A DNA stretch of 64,000 nucleotides from Acidimicrobiia bacterium (GTDB taxonomy: Bacteria > Actinomycetota > Acidimicrobiia > Spongiisociales > ZC4RG35), in contig JBBDWM010000034.1 of the NCBI GenBank assembly GCA_040902845.1, positions 213,642-277,641 of the forward strand, given 5' to 3'. The notes below the pieces were generated by a model that saw only the letters and a program-made list of their open reading frames with translations, searched no databases and was not told the origin of the DNA. Positions 45,748 to 53,085 of this stretch are shown here, one piece after another; the stretch's first letter is position 1, and each line of letters starts with the position of its first letter. A program made the translations under genes and the position numbers.

Positions 45748-47040
45748 ATGGCCAACGCAGTCACACCGGTGCTGAAGCCCATCGGCCACGAATTCGACTC
45801 ACCCATGTACCACGAGGTCGTCGGCATGTTCGACCGGGTGGCCCGCCTCATGGGTCTCGACGACAACGTGGCCGACCGGCTCCGGGTCCCGCAGAAGGCC
45901 ACCGTCGTCAGCTTCCCATTCCGACACGACAACTACTCCGAAGTGGAGACCCTGTTCGGCTATCGGGTGCAGCATCTGACGACCATGGGGCCGACCAAGG
46001 GCGGGATCCGGTTCGCACCCGACGTCGACCTGGGCGAGGTCGCCGCCCTCGCCATGCTGATGACCTGGAAGTGCTCGATCGTGGGGCTGCCCTTCGGAGG
46101 GGCGAAGGGTGGAGTGCGTGTCGATCCGATGCAGCTCTCCCGAGCCGAGCTGCAGCGAGTGACCCGACGGTTCACGATGGAAATCATCAGTGTGATCGGC
46201 CCGGACACCGACATCCCCGCTCCCGATCTCGGGACCAACGAGCAGGTGATGGCATGGATGATGGACACCTACTCCCAGCACGTTGGTCACTCGGTGCCGG
46301 CGGTGGTCACCGGGAAGCCTCCGGCCCTCGGTGGGTCTGTTGCCAGGAGGGAGGCCACGGGTCGGGGAATCATGTTCCTCTTGCCACAGGCGGCGGCATC
46401 TCGAGAGGTCGACACCAAGGACGCAACGGTCGCCATCCATGGCTTTGGCAATGTGGGTCGGTATGCGGCCATCGCCGGTCATCAAATGGGTACCAGGGTT
46501 GTGGCGGTGTCCGATATCTCAGGAGCCGTTTACAACCCCGATGGGCTCGACGTCGAGGCGCTGGCGAAATGGGTGGACGAGAACCGGTTTCTCGAGGGAT
46601 ACCAGGACGCCGACCATATCGGGGCTGACGATGTGTTCTCCCTCCCTGTTGACGTGCTGGTCCCGGCAGCCGTCCAGAACGTGATCCGTGCCGACAATGC
46701 CGACAGCATTCAGGCCAAGATCATCCTCGAAGGGGCCAATGGCCCGACCACCATCGAGGCGGATGACATGCTCCGTGCTCGCGAAGTGCTCATGGTTCCC
46801 GACATCCTCGCCAACGCCGGTGGGGTCACCGTCTCCTACTTCGAGTGGGTCCAGGACGTGCAGAAGTACTTCTGGACGGAGAACGAAATAGTGGCCCGGC
46901 TCCGGGAGATCATGACCCGAGCGTTCAGTGACGTGCACAACATCGCCCAGAGCGAGAATGTTGACCTGCGGACCGCGGCCCTGATCAAGGGGATACGCAA
47001 GGTTGCAGACGCCAAACTGGTGAGAGGTATCTTCCCTTAG
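45748..47040 (+). CDS. gdhA: Glutamate dehydrogenase (Glu/Leu/Phe/Val dehydrogenase family)
   Basis: Catalytic-Lys block GGAKGGV and NAD(P) fold GFGNVG. 430 aa. Confidence 0.93.
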   Translation: MANAVTPVLKPIGHEFDSPMYHEVVGMFDRVARLMGLDDNVADRLRVPQKATVVSFPFRHDNYSEVETLFGYRVQHLTTMGPTKGGIRFAPDVDLGEVAALAMLMTWKCSIVGLPFGGAKGGVRVDPMQLSRAELQRVTRRFTMEIISVIGPDTDIPAPDLGTNEQVMAWMMDTYSQHVGHSVPAVVTGKPPALGGSVARREATGRGIMFLLPQAAASREVDTKDATVAIHGFGNVGRYAAIAGHQMGTRVVAVSDISGAVYNPDGLDVEALAKWVDENRFLEGYQDADHIGADDVFSLPVDVLVPAAVQNVIRADNADSIQAKIILEGANGPTTIEADDMLRAREVLMVPDILANAGGVTVSYFEWVQDVQKYFWTENEIVARLREIMTRAFSDVHNIAQSENVDLRTAALIKGIRKVADAKLVRGIFP

Positions 47041-47822
47041 GCGATCTCGACGAAGGCCGGGCAGATCCCTTTGAACGAGCACCAGTCACACAACCTGCCT
47101 GGTCGGGTCGGGAAGCGACCCGAGGTCATCGCCCTCTCGATCGCATTCCACAACGCTCGCAACTGACCGTCCATCGCGTCGAGTTGGCGGTCGTCGATGC
47201 CGAGGCGGTATTCGGTCGGCCCGTTCAGATAGAGCAGCCTGATCTCCTTCGGCGTCTCCCCGGTTCGCCTTCTGATGAGCAGGGCGTAGATCTTCAGGGC
47301 GAAAAAAGCAGGTAGTGCGTACATCTCCGGGGGAGCCTTTCCGGTTTTGTAGTCGGTGATGACGAGGCGACCGTCCCCGTCACGATCGATCCTGTCGAGG
47401 ATGCCGCGGATCACGATCCCGTCGAGATCCTCCAGCATGTCGAGTTCCCGGTCCACCGGGTCGAAACTGGTTGGGTCCTCGACGCCGAAGTAGTTGGCGA
47501 GCAGCCCCATCGATTCCAGACCCCAGGTCCGCTCGGCTTCGGTGTCCTCGAAGAGACCCTCGAACTCCTCATCGCCCCTCAACTCGGTCCACGCCTCTCG
47601 GAACAGGTTGTAGAGGAGATCGGGCGAGCGTTCGATGGCTGGGTGGTCGAAGAGACGCTGCAGGGCGAGATGGGCTGTGGTCCCTCTGGCTTGAAGAACA
47701 GAGGTGGGCTCGGGGAGACGATCAATGGCCCGGAACTTGAAGAGTTGGGGACAGGTCTTGAAGTCACCCGCCCGACTCGGGGAGAGCGTCGTCAGTTGGC
47801 GATCGGGTGCTTCAACTGTCAT
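47037..47822 (-). CDS. PD-(D/E)XK nuclease, RecB/Cas4-like with 4-Cys Fe-S motif
   Basis: ATG 47822 (MTVEAP...). N-terminal Cys (FKTCPQLFKF), D...DYK nuclease core (ITDYKTGK), C-terminal CDWCSFKGIC. Stop overlaps the gdh stop. Confidence 0.8.
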   Translation of the reverse strand: MTVEAPDRQLTTLSPSRAGDFKTCPQLFKFRAIDRLPEPTSVLQARGTTAHLALQRLFDHPAIERSPDLLYNLFREAWTELRGDEEFEGLFEDTEAERTWGLESMGLLANYFGVEDPTSFDPVDRELDMLEDLDGIVIRGILDRIDRDGDGRLVITDYKTGKAPPEMYALPAFFALKIYALLIRRRTGETPKEIRLLYLNGPTEYRLGIDDRQLDAMDGQLRALWNAIERAMTSGRFPTRPGRLCDWCSFKGICPAFVEIA

Positions 47823-48050
47823 ATAGGCGAGTGTAAGGACCCCCTGTGACAGGAACGCGGAGCCTCTCCGGGCACCGCGAAATCCGGCGGTAGGACGCGA
47901 AAAGAAACCCGCGGTATGGCTTGACGCTCCCTGAGGCAATACCTACTTTCCCGACTACCGAAACGGGGGAAACCTCGTGTCGGGGAAGGAGAGACTTCGG
48001 TTTCTCTGGATCGTCACCAGGCTGGGGGCCCGCTTTCCTGGCAGGGTGGC

Positions 48051-48105
48051 ATCGAGAGCCCCGATAGGGCTGAGGCTTCGGCCGACGCTCCCTCGGGGTT
48101 TCTCG
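48051..48105 (+). repeat. Copy A of a conserved ~55-nt long-hairpin element
   Basis: atcgagagccccgatagggctgaggcttcggccgacgctccctcggggtttctcg. It folds as CGAGAG/UUCUCG + CCCCG/CGGGG + AGGG/CCCU + GGC(UUCG)GCC. Confidence 0.7.
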
Positions 48106-48533
48106 CGTCCGGGAGGTGAGCACTTCGCGAAAAGTGGATCACAGATCGCGAAAATCAATCCGGCCCCGGGTTTGCAGTGGGCATGGCCGTGGTCTACTTT
48201 TCCCGAACGCCACAGGGGAGACCCTGAGGCGCCCCGGACAGTGGGTACGGAGCGGTGAAAGCCGAGCCGGGAAGAATTCCCACGGTGCGGGTGCCCGGAG
48301 CAACGGGAAACCGAATGCTCGGGGTGGTCGGGAGACCGAACGGGGATCTCTAGGGATCGTCGGGCGGCCAGCCGACCGGCGGATCTTCGGATCCGCACCT
48401 CCCTGGAAACGGGGAGAGCGGTCACCGGATCGCAGCGATCTTCGGATCGAGGTCTTCCAGTGATCGCCCGTCGAAGGCTTCGGCCATCGACGACTTCCGA
48501 ACGGAGTTGGGTCCCCGGCCCGACGCCGATCGG

Positions 48534-48589
48534 ATCGAGAGCCCCGAGAGGGTTGAGGCTTCGGCCGATGCTCCCTCGGGGCCTTCTCG
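48534..48589 (+). repeat. Copy B of the conserved long-hairpin element
   Basis: 45 of the first 48 positions are identical to copy A (hand alignment). Same four-segment fold. The bulges differ (AG vs AU; CC vs U) while the pairing is kept. Confidence 0.7.
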
Positions 48590-48594
48590 TTTTT
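48536..48594 (+). terminator. Intrinsic-terminator-like hairpin plus U5 tract inside the gap, about 60 nt upstream of the bPH_2 gene
   Basis: The long GC-rich hairpin (copy B) ends at 48589 and is followed directly by TTTTT (48590-48594). Confidence 0.5.
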
Positions 48595-48654
48595 GGGGTG
48601 ACAAAGACCTTGATCGCGGGCCCTGTTCAGTCACTGACCTGTAGCCTGCCCGGC

Positions 48655-49278
48655 ATGGCTTACCCACAGGATCTCCTGTCTCCCGGGGAGTCGATTGCAT
48701 TCGAATTCAGCAGCCATTGGTCGGCGCTTTGGAAGGAGGGTTTGGTCACCATCGCTTATGTGGTGCTACTGATTCTCCTGGTGCCCGATGGCGTCAACGG
48801 GTGGGCGTTCACGATCATCACCGTGCTTTGGCTCTGGATCGCAGTCGGCGGGTTCATGGAATGGCGAACCAGAGAGAATGTGATCACGACCGAACGCCTT
48901 GTCGTCCGCGCCGGGATGGTGCGCAAGGTCGGATATGAGATTCCGCTCGAAGTGATCACCGACGTCGCCTTCCGTCAGAATCTGATCGAGCGAGCACTTG
49001 GTGTCGGGGACATGATGATCAAGACATCAGGATCCACGGGTCAAAACCGGCTGACGAATATCCCGTATCCCGAGAAGGTGACGTTGTTGATCAGCGAGAC
49101 CCGCCGCAACCGGGCCAATTCGATGTCGGCTCGAAGGCCCACCCCGGGGCCTAGTCCCGAGCCCATCACCACCGGCAAGTCGTCGGCTGAGCAGTTGGAG
49201 ATCCTGGGCAGGCTGTTCGATCAGGGAAAGTTGACCGAGAGTGAGTACGACGCCGAGAAGCGAAAGCTGCTCGGCTGA
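48655..49278 (+). CDS. Membrane bPH_2 (YdbS/YdbT-like PH domain) protein with C-terminal SHOCT domain
   Basis: ATG 48655 (MAYPQDLLSPGESIAFEFSSHWSALWKEG). Two TM helices, then a PH-like region (ERLVVRAGMVRK...IPLEVITDV...). C-terminal SHOCT-like LEILGRLFDQGKLTESEYDAEKRKLLG. Confidence 0.8.
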   Translation: MAYPQDLLSPGESIAFEFSSHWSALWKEGLVTIAYVVLLILLVPDGVNGWAFTIITVLWLWIAVGGFMEWRTRENVITTERLVVRAGMVRKVGYEIPLEVITDVAFRQNLIERALGVGDMMIKTSGSTGQNRLTNIPYPEKVTLLISETRRNRANSMSARRPTPGPSPEPITTGKSSAEQLEILGRLFDQGKLTESEYDAEKRKLLG

Positions 49279-49295
49279 AAGAACGGAAGGAATAG

Positions 49296-49916
49296 ATGGG
49301 TTATCCGCGAAAGCTTCTGAGTGCCGGGGAGGAGATCAAGACCGAGTTCCGGCCGCATTGGTCCCAGGTCCTGAAGGAAGGTCTGCTCACGGTGATGGTC
49401 GCGGTCCTGGTGATCCTGATCGCCACCCAAAGCTTCGGTGCCAAGACCTGGGTGATCGGTGGCCTGATCGTGCTCTGGTTCATCGTGGTGGTGGCCCAGT
49501 TCGTGCGCTGGTGGACCACTCAGCACGTGATCACCAACGAACGGCTCATCTATCGAAGCGGTCTGATCTCCAAGAAGGGGACCGAGATCCCCCTCGAAGT
49601 GATCAACGACGTCACTTTCAAGCAATCGATGATCGAGCGAGTCTTCGGATCTGGAGACCTGCTGATCGAGTCGGCCGGCACCCATGGGCAGTCTGCCTAC
49701 ACCAACATCCCCCACCCGGAGCGAGCTCAGAAGCTGATCTATGAGACGCGTGAGACTCGGATGGCGGAGATGCGATCAGGCGGGGCGCCGTCGGCGCCCG
49801 CGGCCAGCGCCAGTCCGGTCACCGATTTGGAGACCCTGTCCCGGCTCCATGACGAGGGCAAGTTGACCAACGAGGAGTTCGAGGCCCAGAAGAGAAAGCT
49901 CCTGGGTGACGGCTGA
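49296..49916 (+). CDS. Second bPH_2 + SHOCT membrane protein (paralog)
   Basis: Same architecture as the first copy: MGYPRKLLSAGEEIKTEFRPHWSQVLKEG..., ERLIYRSGLISKKGTEIPLEVINDV..., LSRLHDEGKLTNEEFEAQKRKLLG. RBS GGAAGGA. Confidence 0.8.
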   Translation: MGYPRKLLSAGEEIKTEFRPHWSQVLKEGLLTVMVAVLVILIATQSFGAKTWVIGGLIVLWFIVVVAQFVRWWTTQHVITNERLIYRSGLISKKGTEIPLEVINDVTFKQSMIERVFGSGDLLIESAGTHGQSAYTNIPHPERAQKLIYETRETRMAEMRSGGAPSAPAASASPVTDLETLSRLHDEGKLTNEEFEAQKRKLLGDG

Positions 49917-51532
49917 TGCCCCACATGCAGGACGATTTCCAGCTCAATCTGTCGACGCTCTACGACCGATCGGTTCGGCTCTACCCCGATCAGCAGATCC
50001 TCTCGGTCGAGGCCGACCGGTCCCTGACTCGAACCACCTACGGGGAGACCGACTCCAGGGTTCGTCGTCTGGCTTCGGCACTGGGAGGGCTGGGTCTTGG
50101 CACCGGTGACGCCGTCGCCACCTTTGCCTGGAACAACCGCCGGCATCACGAGATGTATTGGGCGACCGCCAACACGGGTCTGATCTGTCACACGATCAAC
50201 ATCCGTCTCTTCGCCGATCAGGTCGCCTACATCGTCAACCATGCCGGCGACCGGGTTCTCTTCGTCGACCCCGATCTGGTCCCTCTCCTCGCACCGGTCG
50301 TTCCCCAACTCGAGATGGTCGCGACCTTTGTGGTGATGGGGCCCGAGGCCGACGAGCGTATCCCCGGTTCCATCGCCTACGAAGATCTCATCGCCGATGC
50401 GGCGGAGCACGGCAGATGGCCAGAGCTGGACGAGCGATCACCGATGATGCTCTGCTACACGTCGGGCACCACCGGGAATCCAAAAGGCGTCGCCTACACC
50501 CAGCGCTCCACCTACATGCACACCATCTCCAATCTGGCCAACTACCCGATCGGTCCAAGCGACAACGTGCTGCCGGTGGTCCCGATGTTTCATGCCTCGG
50601 CGTGGGGGTACCCCTTCATGGCAGTCACTCAGGGAGCCAAACTGACCTATCCCGGCCCTGATCTGTCCGCTGAGGGTCTGGTGCGGCTCTTCGAGAACGA
50701 AAAGGTGACCTTCAGCGCCGGTGTCCCTACGGTATGGCTGGGCATCAAGCAATACCTCGAGGCCCATCCCGAGGCCGATGTGTCCTCGATTCGCGCCTTT
50801 CTTTGCGGTGGTTCGGCCGTTCCGAGGACGATGATCGAATGGTTCCTGACCCAGCGCCGGATCCGGGTGGTCCAGGGCTGGGGGATGACCGAGACCAACC
50901 CTGTCGCATCCACCGCCCTCCTCAAACCCGAGATGGAGAGCTGGGAGTTGCAGCGTCAGCTCGATTTCCTGGAGTCGGCCGGTCTCCCGATCGCAGGCCT
51001 CCAGGTCAAGATCGTTGATGAGATCGGCGAGGAGTTGCCCCAGGACGGTGTGGCATTCGGTGAATTGCTGATCAGGGGTCCTTGGATCGCCGCCGAGTAC
51101 TACCGGGACCCGAGATCGGCAGAGTCGTTCGAGGACGGGTGGCTCCGAACGGGTGACGTGGCCAAGATCACACCGGAGGGCTACATCAGGATCACGGACC
51201 GCGCCAAAGACGTGATCAAGTCCGGTGGGGAGTGGATCTCATCGATCGATCTCGAGAACGCGATCATGGCCCACCCCGATATCGCCGAGGCAACCGTGGT
51301 CGGGCTCAAGCATGTGAAATGGCAGGAGCGTCCGGCGGCCTTCGTGGTGCTCCGCGAAGGGGCCAGCGCCGACGAGGAGGCGATTCGCACCTACCTCGAG
51401 GAGAAGGTGGCCACCTGGTGGATACCCGATCGGATCGTCTTCATCGATCAGATCCCCAAGACCGGGACGGGAAAGTTCGACAAGAAGGTGGTCAGGGACC
51501 AGTACGCCGACCTGCTGATGGAGGACGGCTGA
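49916..51532 (+). CDS. AMP-dependent acyl-CoA synthetase (medium/long-chain fatty-acid--CoA ligase)
   Basis: YTSGTTGNPKGV, GWGMTET, and PKTGTGKFDKK. The start overlaps the previous stop (TGATG). Confidence 0.9.
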   Translation: MPHMQDDFQLNLSTLYDRSVRLYPDQQILSVEADRSLTRTTYGETDSRVRRLASALGGLGLGTGDAVATFAWNNRRHHEMYWATANTGLICHTINIRLFADQVAYIVNHAGDRVLFVDPDLVPLLAPVVPQLEMVATFVVMGPEADERIPGSIAYEDLIADAAEHGRWPELDERSPMMLCYTSGTTGNPKGVAYTQRSTYMHTISNLANYPIGPSDNVLPVVPMFHASAWGYPFMAVTQGAKLTYPGPDLSAEGLVRLFENEKVTFSAGVPTVWLGIKQYLEAHPEADVSSIRAFLCGGSAVPRTMIEWFLTQRRIRVVQGWGMTETNPVASTALLKPEMESWELQRQLDFLESAGLPIAGLQVKIVDEIGEELPQDGVAFGELLIRGPWIAAEYYRDPRSAESFEDGWLRTGDVAKITPEGYIRITDRAKDVIKSGGEWISSIDLENAIMAHPDIAEATVVGLKHVKWQERPAAFVVLREGASADEEAIRTYLEEKVATWWIPDRIVFIDQIPKTGTGKFDKKVVRDQYADLLMEDG

Positions 51533-51535
51533 CCC

Positions 51536-51796
51536 CTATACCTCTACCAGTTGACCCGAGGTGAGGTCGAGGACGAATTCCTTGTCGCTCTTGGAGTCTG
51601 CGATGAAATGGGCCAGCTTGGCGCCCTGCTGACGGACCACCCACCAGGCGTAGGCCTTGGAGGCGGTGTTGGCAAAATCCATCTTGGCGGTACGCGCCGC
51701 CACCACCGCATCGATCTCCTCGGCGTACTGGCCTAAGACGGTCTCGCTTGGCTCCGGCTGGCCCGGTGCCTCAATGAACTGCACTGCCTCGAACAT
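51536..51796 (-). CDS. Small acidic hypothetical protein
   Basis: 86 aa with GC-rich third codon positions like neighbouring genes. No family recognised. Confidence 0.4.
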   Translation of the reverse strand: MFEAVQFIEAPGQPEPSETVLGQYAEEIDAVVAARTAKMDFANTASKAYAWWVVRQQGAKLAHFIADSKSDKEFVLDLTSGQLVEV

Positions 51797-51922
51797 GTCA
51801 CACCTCTCTCGCTTCCTCCCAAAGACATATTAGTTGGCTGATGGTAAGGAGTGGGACCAAACGAGGAGGTTCCGGGCTGGGGCGGGACCGTGCGGGCCCC
51901 AACGGCTCTCTAAGCTCAAACC

Positions 51923-52282
51923 GTGAGCACATTTCACACCACCTGGGGCTACATCGCCGCCGGGACCAGTGGAGTGGTCGGATTGTGGGGGGTGTTCATG
52001 GCTCGGCGGCCTAAGGCGCCAAAGGTCTTTCTGTGGGCCGTGGGATTCGCGATAGGCGCACTGCTCGTTCAGATCGTCACCGGGGTCATGATCGCCTCCG
52101 GTGGTGTGAACCCCGGTAACCAGCACGTCTTCTACGGTGTCGTAACTGCGGTGACCTTCACCTTCGCCTACATCTACAGATCACAGTTCCGAAAGCGGCC
52201 GACCCTCTATTACGGGCTCTTGCTCTTGTTCTCGATGGGGTTGGGGATACGCGGAATCATGACTTTCGGCAACAGCTTCTAG
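51923..52282 (+). CDS. Small membrane protein (3-4 TM), unknown function
   Basis: 119 aa, GTG start, four hydrophobic stretches. Confidence 0.5.
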   Translation: MSTFHTTWGYIAAGTSGVVGLWGVFMARRPKAPKVFLWAVGFAIGALLVQIVTGVMIASGGVNPGNQHVFYGVVTAVTFTFAYIYRSQFRKRPTLYYGLLLLFSMGLGIRGIMTFGNSF

Positions 52283-52290
52283 GAGGGCTC

Positions 52291-53085
52291 ATGCTGCTCG
52301 AAGGCAAGAAACTCTTGATCACCGGGGTGTTGACAGACGACTCGATCGCCTGGCATGCGGCGCGGATCGCCCAGGAAGAGGGCGCCGACATCGTCGTCAC
52401 GGGATTCGGGCGCGGGCTTCGCCTCACTGAGCGCTCGGTGCAGCGACTGCCCCGGGAGTGCCCAGTGCTGGAGTTGGACATCAACGACCCCGCTCAGGTG
52501 GAAGCCGCGGTCGCCGACCTCACCGCTCGGTGGGGGTTGATCCACGGTGCGCTCCATGCCATTGCCTATGCCCCCGAGGATGCTCTCGGTGGCAACTTCC
52601 TCAACACTCCGGTGGAATCGGCGCAAACCGCCTTCGTCACATCGGCGTTCTCCTACAAGACCCTGGCTGTGGCCTTGCTCCCGCTGTTGAAGGCCGCTGG
52701 TGGGGGCTCCCTGGTGACTCTCGACTTCGACAACACCCAGGCCTGGCCGGCCTATGACTGGATGGGCGTCGCCAAGTCGGCATTGCAGAGCGTCACCAGA
52801 TACCTGGCCCGCGACCTGGGGCCCCACGGTATTCGGGTCAACGCGGTGTCGGCCGGGCCCTTGACCACGGTGGCGGCCAAATCGATACCCGGGTTCGACG
52901 TCTTCGACCGGGTTTGGAACGAGCGCTCCCCGCTTCCCTGGGACACTTCCAACCCCGATCCCGTGGCGCGGATGATCTGTGTCTTGCTGTCGGACTGGGC
53001 CCCGTTGACCTCGGGTGAGATCATCCACGTCGACGGAGGCTTCCACGCCATCGCCGCCGGCGTCGAAAAGCGCGCGGACTACTAG
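52291..53085 (+). CDS. fabI: Enoyl-[acyl-carrier-protein] reductase (NADH), FabI/InhA type
   Basis: LEGKKLLITGV..DSIA, catalytic Y...K (YDWMGVAKSAL), and VNAVSAGP. Confidence 0.9.
   Translation: MLLEGKKLLITGVLTDDSIAWHAARIAQEEGADIVVTGFGRGLRLTERSVQRLPRECPVLELDINDPAQVEAAVADLTARWGLIHGALHAIAYAPEDALGGNFLNTPVESAQTAFVTSAFSYKTLAVALLPLLKAAGGGSLVTLDFDNTQAWPAYDWMGVAKSALQSVTRYLARDLGPHGIRVNAVSAGPLTTVAAKSIPGFDVFDRVWNERSPLPWDTSNPDPVARMICVLLSDWAPLTSGEIIHVDGGFHAIAAGVEKRADY

Larger units (their letters stand above)
47943..48594 (+). ncRNA. Candidate large structured RNA / long regulatory leader, family unknown
   Basis: Lies in a gene-free gap. Six C(UUCG)G-capped hairpins (loops at 47996, 48077, 48386, 48441, 48479, 48560). 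G-U pairs are valid only on the + strand. Duplicated module. Ends in a hairpin+UUUUU at 48536-48594. The ORFs in this gap are Arg/Pro/Gly-rich junk. Confidence 0.45.

Noticed and set aside
48051-48589. CRISPR array or dispersed mobile repeat
   Set aside because: Only two copies were seen in this window. The spacing is irregular (about 480 bp) and the repeats are themselves long imperfect hairpins embedded in a larger shared module. No cas genes, transposase or terminal inverted repeats are nearby. A genome-wide REP/MITE-like distribution cannot be excluded from one window.
47940-48650. Possibility that the structured region is RNase P RNA, tmRNA, SRP RNA or a known riboswitch (cobalamin, c-di-AMP/ydaO, guanidine-I/ykkC, SAM-IV, ZTP, TPP)
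   Set aside because: There is no GAGGAAAGTCCGG/ACAGAA..CGGCTTA P4 strand on either strand; the closest is CAGGAAAGCGGGCC on the minus strand. There is no tRNA-like 3' end or tag ORF for tmRNA, no B12 box and no CTGAGA. Only loose resemblances exist: CTCTAGGGATCG vs ykkC CUAGGGUUCCG, ATCGAGAG vs GGUCCGAGAG, and AACGGGG vs ydaO ACGGGGU. These are not enough to call any family by eye, and a covariance-model scan is needed.
47955-48700. ORFs of 92-156 aa in several frames across the gap (47955-48425 minus, 47977-48258 plus, 48116-48463 plus, 48422-48700 minus, and the N-terminal part of 48460-49278)
   Set aside because: The translations are Arg/Pro/Gly/Ser-rich with no hydrophobic core or recognisable motif, and they overlap each other in different frames. 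That is typical of random open frames in GC-rich non-coding DNA. The peptide similarity between two of them (SRAPIGLRLRPTLPRG vs SRAPRGLRLRPMLPRG) is just the duplicated RNA hairpin read in frame.
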